Origin: Meyerozyma guilliermondii
Lineage: Eukaryota
Length of the DNA: 64,000 bases
Direction of reading: 5' to 3'
NCBI GenBank assembly: GCA_051546255.1
Contig: CP128820.1
Span: forward strand, 434,001-498,000
Shown one piece after another: positions 33,487-43,483 of this stretch; positions within the stretch are counted from its first letter, which is position 1, and each line of letters begins with the position of its first letter. A program made the position numbers and the translations under genes. The notes under the pieces are model-generated. The model did no database searches. It was not told the origin of the DNA and worked only from the letters and a program-made list of their open reading frames with translations.

Positions 33487-33537
33487 GAATAACGTGGAAA
33501 AGGAGGAAACCACTGGCTTTTAACGGTGCCGCGGCCC

Positions 33538-33561
33538 GAGTCAGAAGGAGTCAGATGACTC
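33538..33561. promoter_or_regulatory. Three clustered TGACTC sites (Gcn4/Bas1-type) in the GCV2 promoter
   Basis: gagtca gaag gagtca ga tgactc, 52-75 nt upstream of the ATG. Confidence 0.7.
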
Positions 33562-33768
33562 GGGAGAAGGGAAAAAAATGCGAAGAGAAAATGAAAAATA
33601 AAGTAATGCGAAAGAAGAGGAAATGAGCGAAGAAAATATGGGGAACAAAGAAAATCTTCTGAAAACTTCTATCTTCCTTATCATTTGTTCTTTTCCTTCT
33701 TATCTCTTTTTTCTCTCCTTCTACATTTTCTTTTTTTGTCTACTTCAATTAGGCTAAAAACAACTAGC

Positions 33769-35145
33769 TTACTTCTTAGCAGCCTTTTGAGCAGCCTTGG
33801 TGACCTTACCGGCCTTGTCAGACTTCTCAACAGACTTGATGACACCGACGGCAACGGTTTGTCTCATGTCTCTGACGGCGAATCTTCCCAATGGTGGGTA
33901 GTCGGTGAAAGCCTCAACACACATTGGCTTGGATGGCACCATCTTGACGATAGAAGCGTCACCGGACTTGACAAACTTGGGGTTGTCCTCCATCTTCTTA
34001 CCGGTTCTTCTGTCAATCTTCTCCAACAAGGTGTCGAATTTACAAGCAATGTGGGCGGTGTGACAGTCCAAAACTGGAGAGTAACCAGCAGAGATTTGAC
34101 CAGGGTGGTTCAACACAATAACTTGAGCGGTGAAAGAGTCACAACCCTTTGGTGGGTCGTTCTTGGAGTCACCACAAACGTTACCTCTTCTAATTTCCTT
34201 AACGGAAACGTTCTTAACGTTGAAACCAACATTGTCACCTGGAACACCTTCAACCAATTGTTCGTGGTGCATTTCCACGGACTTGACTTCAGTGGTGACA
34301 CCAGCTGGGGCAAAGGTAACAACCATACCGGCCTTGATGATACCGGTTTCAACTCTACCGACTGGCACCGTTCCAATACCACCAATCTTGTAAACATCTT
34401 GCAATGGCAATCTCAATGGCTTGTCGGTTGGTCTTTGAGGTGGCTCAATGGCGTCAATGGCCTCCAACAAAGTCTTACCGGTGGACTTACCAGCCTTGGT
34501 CTCCTTCTCCCATCCCTTGTACCAAGGACAGTTGGTAGAAGCCTCAATCATGTTGTCACCATTCCATCCAGAGATAGGAACGAATGGCACAGTCTTAGGG
34601 TTGTAACCAACCTTCTTGACGAAGTTAGAGGTTTCCTTGATGATTTCCTCAAATCTGTTCTTGTCCCATTTGACGGAGTCCATCTTGTTGACAGCAACAA
34701 TCAATTGTCTAACACCCAAGGTGTAAGCCAACAAAGCGTGCTCTCTGGTTTGACCATCCTTAGAGATACCAGCTTCGAATTCACCGGTACCACCAGCAAT
34801 AATCAAAATAGCACAGTCAGCTTGAGAAGTACCAGTGATCATGTTCTTGATGAAATCTCTGTGACCTGGGGCATCAATGACAGTAACGTGGTACTTTGGA
34901 GTCTCGAACTTCCACAAAGCAATGTCAATGGTGATACCTCTTTCTCTTTCAGCCTTAAGTTTGTCCAAAACCCAAGCGTACTTGAAAGAACCCTTACCCA
35001 ATTCAGCGGCTTCCTTCTCGAACTTTTCAATAGTTCTCTTGTCAATACCACCACACTTGTAGATCAAGTGACCGGTGGTGGTCGACTTACCGGAATCGAC
35101 GTGTCCAATGACAACAACGTTGACGTGAGTCTTTTCTTTACCCAT
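33769..35145 (-). CDS. TEF1: Translation elongation factor 1-alpha
   Basis: Full-length canonical eEF1A ([22 protein letters not shown]) with strong codon bias. Confidence 0.99.
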   Translation of the reverse strand: MGKEKTHVNVVVIGHVDSGKSTTTGHLIYKCGGIDKRTIEKFEKEAAELGKGSFKYAWVLDKLKAERERGITIDIALWKFETPKYHVTVIDAPGHRDFIKNMITGTSQADCAILIIAGGTGEFEAGISKDGQTREHALLAYTLGVRQLIVAVNKMDSVKWDKNRFEEIIKETSNFVKKVGYNPKTVPFVPISGWNGDNMIEASTNCPWYKGWEKETKAGKSTGKTLLEAIDAIEPPQRPTDKPLRLPLQDVYKIGGIGTVPVGRVETGIIKAGMVVTFAPAGVTTEVKSVEMHHEQLVEGVPGDNVGFNVKNVSVKEIRRGNVCGDSKNDPPKGCDSFTAQVIVLNHPGQISAGYSPVLDCHTAHIACKFDTLLEKIDRRTGKKMEDNPKFVKSGDASIVKMVPSKPMCVEAFTDYPPLGRFAVRDMRQTVAVGVIKSVEKSDKAGKVTKAAQKAAKK

Positions 35146-35378
35146 GATTAAATTAGTGAGGAAAAAAGATTTTAGGGGGGTTTAAATATAATTTTCCGAT
35201 GCGAAAAATTTTCGGCATGACGTGAAATACGCGTGGCGTGCACGCATATACGCCGGGGGCGTGGTTGTTTCCTGCAGAGAACCGCGGGGCGCCTGCAGAT
35301 GCTTTGTGGTTCGTGTGCAATTTTTGCAGCAACTGCAACCTTCGTCAAGTATATTGCTATTCCTACCTCTATTCTGGT

Positions 35379-36989
35379 TCATTCTTTACCAAACACTCCT
35401 TCCTGCTTTGTGTACGACTTGCGGAAAATCTCTCCTTGTGTAGTATCAATACTTGACCGTGTTGACGTAGAAGACCGTCTTCTTTGCCTTCTGGCAAGTC
35501 CAGGATCAATTTTCTTACCATATTTCGATTCGGCAAAAAGCCCAAGTATGTCCGTGAGTGTAACCACTCCTATGAGCTTTCCTGGGAGTCCCAGATCGCC
35601 AGCACCCGTGCCCAGTGCGGAATTGGTTCCGGAGACAGATCCGGATACCGACCCGGATCCTGTCGAAGGATTGGAAGCGGCGGCGGCGGCAGCAGCAGCA
35701 GCAGAATTATTGCTGGATGACTGCGGACTGAGGGCTGCTTCCACGGGTCCTGCACTGGACGCACCAGAAATGGAGCCGGAACGGGTTCCGGAGATGGAAC
35801 CAAACCCACCAGAAGACGAAGCATGGTGCTTCACTTGACGGGATTCCACCACCCATAACCGATGCGATTGGGTGGCCACTAGTTTTGCAATGACTCGGCC
35901 GAGTGATGACTGGTTGGAAACATGGAATATAGGATACTGGTCTTGACCGGCCTCAATACCCTTTTGTGATAAGTTGTAGCTGATAAAGTTGAGAACCGAC
36001 TTGAAGAGAAGATCCTGGTTCTTCGAGCTAGAGACATGCTTCACATCCACGATGGAAATGTTACCCATAAGACACCTAGAACGATCAATAACTGCCAATG
36101 ATGACACCCGTTCAGTGAACATCTTTTGAAGAGCATCGATCAATGGCTGGTCACCATGTATAGTCAAGGGATTCAGCAGACCAATATTGAGGTCTTGGAT
36201 TGTCGAGTTAATAAGAAAGTCAAGCGATGGGAATCGACGAGCGTTTTCCCACATGTACTTTATAAGACGACGCTGCGAAAGAATACCAGTAATTGGAGCA
36301 TGAGGACTGGAATCCTTCGTAATGGCCACTCTATGAACACCGTTTCCCAATGCCTCCATGGCAGGATAAAGAGTTTCCTGCTCGGGGAATTTAATAAACG
36401 GGTTTTTGGGATGCAATCTGAGAATGAAATCAACCGGCACCTCACCTCCATGTTTGGCTTTGTTAACCATTTGTTGAGCATATTCCAATTTCGACATCGA
36501 GCCCTCCACGTTGATTTCGTCTACACTCAATGCATCCAATCTAGCCCTACCAAAGAGGAGCAAAAGATAGGTGTTAAGGTCGGAATAATCAAACGAGAGA
36601 CAATTTTCCAAGTCAGAAGAATCGGTTTTGGAAAGCGATACCGGCACCGACGTCAAGTTATGGGTGACAAGTGTCTTGAATGCTTCCTGAACAGTGTAGC
36701 CCGAGTTGATAGAGATGAGTTTTTGTGGCTCGGTGAGTTCACTGAGCTTAATATCACTCCAGTCTACACCGCCAGATGTGGTCCCAGCGCTTACAGATCC
36801 ACGGCTACGGTCACCCGTGGCACCAGTGGCCACGGAAGACATGCTTGTGTGCCGCGAGAGACTGAAGCTGTGTACATCGTCGTGGTCGGGGGATGGGAGT
36901 GGCGGTGGCAGCGAGAGAAGTTCGACCACCGACGGCTTTCTAGACGCCTGCAGAGGCGATTGAGGTGTCCTCAGGAAAGGATTAGGCAT
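35379..36989 (-). CDS. SDS24: CBS-domain protein Sds23/Sds24
   Basis: SVVELLS.PP, FDYSDLNTYLLL, LHPKNPFIK, GILSQRRLIKYMWENARRFPSL, AKLVATQSHRLW, GKLIGVVTLTDIL. ATG at 36989. Confidence 0.9.
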   Translation of the reverse strand: MPNPFLRTPQSPLQASRKPSVVELLSLPPPLPSPDHDDVHSFSLSRHTSMSSVATGATGDRSRGSVSAGTTSGGVDWSDIKLSELTEPQKLISINSGYTVQEAFKTLVTHNLTSVPVSLSKTDSSDLENCLSFDYSDLNTYLLLLFGRARLDALSVDEINVEGSMSKLEYAQQMVNKAKHGGEVPVDFILRLHPKNPFIKFPEQETLYPAMEALGNGVHRVAITKDSSPHAPITGILSQRRLIKYMWENARRFPSLDFLINSTIQDLNIGLLNPLTIHGDQPLIDALQKMFTERVSSLAVIDRSRCLMGNISIVDVKHVSSSKNQDLLFKSVLNFISYNLSQKGIEAGQDQYPIFHVSNQSSLGRVIAKLVATQSHRLWVVESRQVKHHASSSGGFGSISGTRSGSISGASSAGPVEAALSPQSSSNNSAAAAAAAAASNPSTGSGSVSGSVSGTNSALGTGAGDLGLPGKLIGVVTLTDILGLFAESKYGKKIDPGLARRQRRRSSTSTRSSIDTTQGEIFRKSYTKQEGVFGKE

Positions 36990-37770
36990 TATGACTAATA
37001 CCAAGTAGATTCAAATGCAAGAAATGGCGGCGCCTGCGCAATAATGAAGTTCGTCGACGACTGTTGCGGTGGGTAGGAATGAGAAAAATGGCTAATAGAA
37101 GTCAATTCTACTAGGTTATCTCGTATACGGAAGGTACTTGAACACGTCCTAACCAGATAAAAACAATTCAATAAATGTTGCAAGTACAATCGAGGACGAT
37201 ACTTTGCCACAGTGTACAGGGAACGTTGTTGAAAATTGGGATCTGTGACCTGCGGGGAACACCAGTGCACCAATTTTTAGTCCGAAAAACTTATACATCA
37301 CCCCATCACTGCTTATGTAACACGATAAGCATTCGATCGTTCCTGTATTTAGTAGGGCACCGAAAAAATTTAGGCAGCGTCCCCTATCTTATATACATGC
37401 AATTTAGCAGCCATGGTTGCCAAATTATGCATGAGGACCCTTCATAGCCCAAGTATAAAAACCGCAATATTTTTCGAGAACGTGAAATTGCTATGTTTTA
37501 TAAATGATGATCTTGTGACAGGGCGGGCTTAGGCTTCCACATGTCCGAGCACAAGTGGTCCGAGGTCAGGAGCCGTTGATTAGCCCCCCGGCATGACCCT
37601 CGGGTTGCTTGCGCCATCGTATTGTTGGATCACGTGCGTCGCCCTCGGATTACCCAAAAGGGGCGGAATTGCTTTTGGGACCCGGATGCGGTCCCAACAT
37701 TTTCGTTTGAGGCCTGCATAATGACAGATGAGATAAAAGCAGCGCAGGTGCCACACAATTGCCAATCATC

Positions 37771-39231
37771 ATGTCGGAAAGTGTTGATTCTGTAGACATC
37801 ACCAAATTGAACGCTTTGGCTGCTGGCACCAACCGCAAGACCCCGAGAATTGTGGCGGCAGGTGTGGGTGGTCGTTTGATGGGAACAAAGTCTCTTGTCA
37901 ATGTTACTGCTGACCAAATCACGGAAGACTCAATGAAACAGATGACTTTGGCAGAGAAGGATGAGGCCGAACGTCAGAAATATACTCGGGAAACCCATAT
38001 TTCCGATCAACCATGGACATTTAGTAACTGGTACCAACATATTAATTGGTTGAACTTGATGTTGGTTGTTGTATTTCCACTCTATGGAATGTGGGAAGCA
38101 ACTAAACATCCTCTTCAATGGAAAACGGCCCTTCTTGGGTTTATATTGTATTTGGCGCTGGGACTTTCAATTACTGCTGGTTACCATCGTTTATTTTCTC
38201 ACACAGCCTACCTGGCTTCAACTCCTGTGAGGTTATTTTATGCCATTGTTGGTGCTGGTGCCATTCAAGGCTCGATCAAATGGTGGGCTCACTCTCACAG
38301 AGTTCACCATCGTTATACAGACACTCCAAGAGACCCCTATGATGCTCGTCAAGGATTGTGGTACTCGCACATGGGATGGATGTTGGTTAAGGCCAATCCA
38401 AAGAACCGTGCACGTGCTGACATTTCCGATTTGACTTCTGACTGGGTAGTTAGATTTCAACATCGTCACTACCTTACTTTGATGCTTTTGATGTCACTTG
38501 TATTGCCCACTATCATTGCTGGTGTTTTCTGGGGTGACTGGTGGGGAGGGTTCATTTATGGAGGAATCTTCAAATCGTTTGTTATTCAACAAGCTACCTT
38601 CTGTGTCAACTCATTGGCCCATTGGATCGGCTCTCAACCATTCGATGACCGCAGAACCCCTCGTGACCACGTCATTACCGCTTTGGCTACTTTTGGTGAA
38701 GGTTACCACAATTTCCACCACGAGTTTCCCTCGGACTACAGAAACGCATTGAAATGGTACCAATACGACCCAACCAAGATGGTGATTTGGGGATTGTCTA
38801 AGATTGGTATGGCTTGGAACTTGAAGACTTTTAGTCAAAATGCCATCGAACAAGGTTTACTCCAGCAACAAGAAAAGAAGTTGGAGCAAATGCGCCAGAA
38901 ATTGAGATGGGGTGAACAAGTGGATGCTCTCCCAGTGATGGAACGCGAAGAGTTTAATGAGAGATCCAAGAAAGACGGACTTATCTTGATTGCTGGTATT
39001 GTTCACGACTGTAAATCTTTTATCAAGGAACATCCTGGAGGTCAAGCCCTCATCAGAGCATCGTTGGGTAAGGATGCTACCAAGGCTTTCAACGGAGCTG
39101 TATATAGACACTCAAATGCTGCACACAACATGTTGGCAGGAATGAGAATTGCAGTGTTGCGTGATAGTGATGTCAGCTCCAACACATTCCAACTTCAACA
39201 GGAATACTTGGAAAAGGAAAAGGTTAACTAG
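37771..39231 (+). CDS. OLE1: Delta-9 acyl-CoA desaturase with C-terminal cytochrome b5 domain
   Basis: His boxes ITAGYHRLFSH, HRVHHRYTDT and EGYHNFHHEFP; b5 motif EHPGG; N-terminus VDITKLNA.AAGTN resembles Candida Ole1. ATG at 37771. Confidence 0.95.
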   Translation: MSESVDSVDITKLNALAAGTNRKTPRIVAAGVGGRLMGTKSLVNVTADQITEDSMKQMTLAEKDEAERQKYTRETHISDQPWTFSNWYQHINWLNLMLVVVFPLYGMWEATKHPLQWKTALLGFILYLALGLSITAGYHRLFSHTAYLASTPVRLFYAIVGAGAIQGSIKWWAHSHRVHHRYTDTPRDPYDARQGLWYSHMGWMLVKANPKNRARADISDLTSDWVVRFQHRHYLTLMLLMSLVLPTIIAGVFWGDWWGGFIYGGIFKSFVIQQATFCVNSLAHWIGSQPFDDRRTPRDHVITALATFGEGYHNFHHEFPSDYRNALKWYQYDPTKMVIWGLSKIGMAWNLKTFSQNAIEQGLLQQQEKKLEQMRQKLRWGEQVDALPVMEREEFNERSKKDGLILIAGIVHDCKSFIKEHPGGQALIRASLGKDATKAFNGAVYRHSNAAHNMLAGMRIAVLRDSDVSSNTFQLQQEYLEKEKVN

Positions 39232-40240
39232 TTATGAATGTATTTTGTATTATCAAACTGTAGCCGAGAAACTCGAAATTCAGGTGGTGATTTCAGCAAA
39301 CTGTAGCGAAAACCCGAAACTCAACTGGTGTTTCAGCCGTATGCAACCGGGCTAACCTTAACGGGTTTTCCCGACCTGTGGTGTGATATTCGGTGGTGTC
39401 TGGGTGTCGGGACATTCCGAGACGGTCGAATATGTTGCAAAAACTGGAGAATTATTGGTCTTTTGAGAGCGAAATTGGGTCAACTACGATGTGTTGGTGT
39501 AGATGAATGATAGTCTGATTTTTCGTATCGATTTAGGAATTCTTTTTGCAAAACGGTTTCTGGCGTGACAAGCACATCCATACACCAATCACCAGATTTT
39601 CAATTCGAGTGGTGCGATTTTTCGCAGCCATGAGGCATAAAAGGCGTGGGAGCTAGCTTATTCAACATCAATTACATCAATGAGCGCAATTACTACATAC
39701 TCCAAATTATACTCCCGTCGTATTCCTGCCTTGGCAGTGTGGGGAACTGGCCTAGCTGCCTTTTTGGGATGGCCCCATGTGTGGGCTGGAGCCCTGAACA
39801 AGATGCACAATGTGCCGAAAATCAACCGATCATACCTTTGAGCATCTAGAAGCATACTAGAAGATGCAGAAAAGAGCATTACTAGATATTCTGTGTATTT
39901 AATGAATTATTTATCAAAATAGAAAGTGTAGAATGAAAATGATTGACGGCACTTGTGAGTGAGATATGGTTGTTGCGACTAGTACCTGTATTCAGATCAA
40001 TGTCAACTATATTAAGCTGAGTCTGGGACTGGCTGATAATTTAAATGTGAAATAAAGGCTCCTATTGTTGCGAATACAGCTTCGATCAGTAGGTGCGAGT
40101 AGATTATGGCGATCAGAAAATGATTCGATGAATAATTGATTCGAGTTGATATTGGCTTGAATGGATATATGAGTCGAATAGGTCTATTGGTTTCAATTAA
40201 TTGCTTGAGTAGATACGTGGATTAATGAATGTCGATGAGT

Positions 40241-40330
40241 AAATGGCTGCGAAATTTCGCGAGGTTGCGAAATGGTTGAAATGGCTGCGAAATGGTGCGA
40301 ATCTGCGAATCAGATAATGGCTGCGAAATA
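40241..40330. repeat. Cluster of ATGGCTGCGAAAT-like direct repeats downstream of the alpha-xylosidase
   Basis: ggctgcgaaa at 40245, 40283 and 40319, plus variants ggttgcgaaa and ggtgcgaa. Confidence 0.8.
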
Positions 40331-40437
40331 TTGAAAAATGCCTACTGAAAAGAAGAAACCGAGTCATATATTAACCTTTTTAGCTTGACGAAAGTAGTAA
40401 GCTGTTACATATAAACCTTTACCTCTTTTTAGTGAAT

Positions 40438-42852
40438 CTAGTATCGAATACTTGCCTTATCATTGTCCACCTTAACAACAGTGTTTCCATGTGCATCGGT
40501 GCCGACAACCTTTCCATTCTTAACAGTAACTGGTTTGCCGGCGCTGCCCAAAATCTTCACCTGGAATCCCTTTTTGAACTTTCCAGTAGCCTTGACTTCG
40601 ATATCTTGACCAATTCTCTTTGCTTCGACACTGGCTGCAAATTCGCCGATTTTGACGGGATCTGGAATTTGCACCAAAGTGCCCTTTTCCAGAATATCAA
40701 ACATATTGACAATAAAGTCTTCGTTCCATGCGTACTCGGGGGTGGTAGCTTTGTCGTTGGATACAAAAATCGAGTTGGAACGAGCCAAAATTGGCAACGA
40801 GTGGTAATCGTGAACTTCTGCTACCCACTTTCCAGAACCTCCATCGCGGGTTTTTCCGTCAAGTAAACCATACCATTTGCCCTCTGGCAAGTAGACATTG
40901 ACGTTTCCTTCGGCATTGAACACTGGAGCCACAAGTAAATTGTCTCCCAACATAAATTGGGTATCGGCAGTTTGCGCGCACAAGTCGTTAGGATATTCCA
41001 ACAACATGGCTCTCATGACTGGGACTCCGGTATTGTGGGCATTGACTGCAGCTCCATAAATGTGAGGCATCAAGCTGAGCTTGAGTTTGGTGAACTTGGA
41101 CAACACGGAAGACGCCTCGTCGTCAAAATTCCATGGCACTCTATAGGACCCAGATCCATGAAGACGAGAGTGACTCGACAACAACCCAAAAGCACACCAT
41201 CTCTTGTACACAGCAGGATCTGGAGACCCTTCGAAACCTCCAATATCATGCGACCAGAACCCGTAACCACAGAGAGTGAGACTCAAACCTCCTCTCAAAG
41301 TTTCGGCCATTGCTTCGAATGTGGATTCACAATCTCCACCCCAATGAACAGGGTACTGCTGGCCGCCGGCTGAAGTTGAGCGTGCAAAGAGACAAGCTTT
41401 GTGTTTTCCCAACTTCTTCTCCAAAACTTCGAACACACACTTGTTGTACAACAAAGTGTAGTAGTTGTGCATGGCGACCGGGTCGGCTCCAGAATGGTAT
41501 TTGACATCCAAGCATGGAATTCTCTCGCCAAAATCGGTCTTGAACGAATCCACTCCAAGATCCACTAGCTTTTCCAACTTGGCTTGGAACCACTTGTAAG
41601 CATTGGGGTTGGTGAAATCAATAATTCCCATACCTGCCTGCCAGAGGTCGGTCTGGTACGAAGAGCCGTCCACATTTTTTATGAAATAGCCATTGGAATC
41701 GGCTTCAGCAAACAACGCCGACTCTTGACCAATGTAGGAGTTGATCCACACACAAACCTTGATACCAAAATCTTTTTTCAACTTGGAAAGCATGGCTTTG
41801 GCGTCGGGAAAGTAGTCCTTGTCAAATTCAAAATCACACCATTGGAAACCCTTCATCCAGAAACAGTCGAAATGGAACGTGCTGAGCGGAATGTCTCTGT
41901 CTTTCATTCCCTGGATAAACGACAGAACTGTCTTGATATCATAGTCGGTGGTGAAAGAAGTCGAGAGCCAAAGCCCAAAAGTCCAAGCTGGAGGAAGCGC
42001 TGGTTTTCCAGTAAGATTGGTGTAGCGCTCCAAGATGGTTTTGGGATCGGGTCCGTGGATGATATAGAGCCTAATTCCTTGTCCCATGGCGGCAATATTG
42101 ACTCTGGTGGTTCTTTCCGACTGGAGTTCAAAAGTGACATTTGAGGAATTGTCCACAAAAACTCCATAACCTCTGGAACTGAGGTAGAATGGAACATTCT
42201 TGTAGGTCCACTCAGAAGAGGTGCCTCCATCTTCATTCCACATTTCAACTCTTTGTCCATTTTTCACAAATGGTCCAAATCTTTCTCCCAACCCATAAAG
42301 TTTTTCGCCCACCGACAAATGGAGTTGGGCCACCGTATAGCCTCGAGCCTTGCCATACAGCGACTTGGGATCTGGGTACCTCAGATCTTCAATAAATCCA
42401 AGCGATCTGAAACCAAGTTTCGTCAAACTTTTGGAATCCCCCACAAAATCAATGCCAAAGTCTTTCTTCGAAACCGAAGCTAAAACCGAACCTGCCTTCA
42501 AAGTTACGGTTTCTTCCTTGTCCGAGATATCTACCGAGGTAGGAGACAACGAATTGAGTTCGTAACGAGGTTCTCCGTTGCGGAGATATGCACTTTGGTG
42601 ATGGTAAGCCTCCAAACCAATGACACCTTCCATGGGCAGGGACACCTTTGTCGTGATAGTGGGGTTGTTCAAGGTGGCTCCACGGTTCCAAATCTTTCTT
42701 GTTGCGGCCACAGAGTGAATTTCACTATCTTTCACTTGAGACTTGACAACTTCCACAGCCCAATTAGCGGAAATGCCATTTTTCAATTCCCACATTCCGC
42801 GGGAAAACCTGGTATCGGATTCAATATGACGATCAATAGAAACGTGCTCCAT
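40438..42852 (-). CDS. Intracellular GH31 alpha-xylosidase, YicI-like
   Basis: RFSRGMW, YGLGERFGPFVKNGQ, WNEDGGTSSE..YKNVPFY, WTFGLWLSTSF, FHFDCFWMK.FQWCDF, nucleophile FKTDFGERIP, HWGGDC, WSHDIGGFEG, SHSRLHGS.SYRVPW. No signal peptide. ATG at 42852. Confidence 0.92.
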   Translation of the reverse strand: MEHVSIDRHIESDTRFSRGMWELKNGISANWAVEVVKSQVKDSEIHSVAATRKIWNRGATLNNPTITTKVSLPMEGVIGLEAYHHQSAYLRNGEPRYELNSLSPTSVDISDKEETVTLKAGSVLASVSKKDFGIDFVGDSKSLTKLGFRSLGFIEDLRYPDPKSLYGKARGYTVAQLHLSVGEKLYGLGERFGPFVKNGQRVEMWNEDGGTSSEWTYKNVPFYLSSRGYGVFVDNSSNVTFELQSERTTRVNIAAMGQGIRLYIIHGPDPKTILERYTNLTGKPALPPAWTFGLWLSTSFTTDYDIKTVLSFIQGMKDRDIPLSTFHFDCFWMKGFQWCDFEFDKDYFPDAKAMLSKLKKDFGIKVCVWINSYIGQESALFAEADSNGYFIKNVDGSSYQTDLWQAGMGIIDFTNPNAYKWFQAKLEKLVDLGVDSFKTDFGERIPCLDVKYHSGADPVAMHNYYTLLYNKCVFEVLEKKLGKHKACLFARSTSAGGQQYPVHWGGDCESTFEAMAETLRGGLSLTLCGYGFWSHDIGGFEGSPDPAVYKRWCAFGLLSSHSRLHGSGSYRVPWNFDDEASSVLSKFTKLKLSLMPHIYGAAVNAHNTGVPVMRAMLLEYPNDLCAQTADTQFMLGDNLLVAPVFNAEGNVNVYLPEGKWYGLLDGKTRDGGSGKWVAEVHDYHSLPILARSNSIFVSNDKATTPEYAWNEDFIVNMFDILEKGTLVQIPDPVKIGEFAASVEAKRIGQDIEVKATGKFKKGFQVKILGSAGKPVTVKNGKVVGTDAHGNTVVKVDNDKASIRY

Positions 42853-43483
42853 TCTCGATGCTTTCAAACTTGATCAGCAACTACCCCACAAAGCTGTATA
42901 TATAATGCTAGCTCAAAAATGCTCGGGAAAAGCATACGCAATAAATCTCGGGTTGGGCACGAGATAGAATCTGGGGTACATGAAAAAGTGGGGGCGGAGG
43001 AGTGGGGCATCGCTTGTGCATAAAATGGGGTGGAAGCGGGACTGACATCGTGGAGATCCCCCGGTACTCCACTTCCGAGGGTTGGTGGGGTTGCCTTCCT
43101 ATTTGGGTTAACCGCCAAATAATGGACGGCGAATTAAATGGAATCGTAAGGAATAGAAACCGTGTGGAGTATGTGGATGTGAACTCAGGCTTCTTTCGGT
43201 GTTTTTTTGGTGCTTTTCGGTGCTTTTGGTGGTTTTTCAGTGATGGGGGGTCGCAACAATGCGGTAGAAACCCTCGGAAGTGCGACCGTTAATACAAATT
43301 TAGGATCCGGGGTAATGCGCCGGTGCGGCGCCCAGATCTGATAGAAAGTTCCGAGGGCAAAGTTCACCATACGAGAACAACGAGTTCCGGTTGATTTTCC
43401 CGTAAACCCCACAGTTTAATCTTCCCCTGCTGCAACTTGCATAATCTATATAAAGAACGCATGCCGTCAATGCAAACAATACC
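42853..43483. promoter_or_regulatory. Divergent promoter with multiple Mig1/CreA-type GC boxes and three TTCCGAGGG elements
   Basis: SYGGGG-type boxes near 42884, 42971, 42988, 43002, 43085 and 43407. TTCCGAGGG at 43073, 43271 (reverse) and 43349. TATA-like sequences at about 42897 (TATATATAA) and 43447 (TATATAAA). Confidence 0.75.

Noticed and set aside
33685..35151. 488-aa ORF antisense to TEF1
   Set aside because: It is the mirror frame of a highly codon-biased gene, which lacks TTA/CTA/TCA codons and so has no antisense stops. It starts at TTG and has no recognisable domain. The same applies to 48212-48652 opposite CPR1.
39646..39879. Small overlapping ORFs between OLE1 and the alpha-xylosidase
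   Set aside because: They are short with no motif or paralog support.
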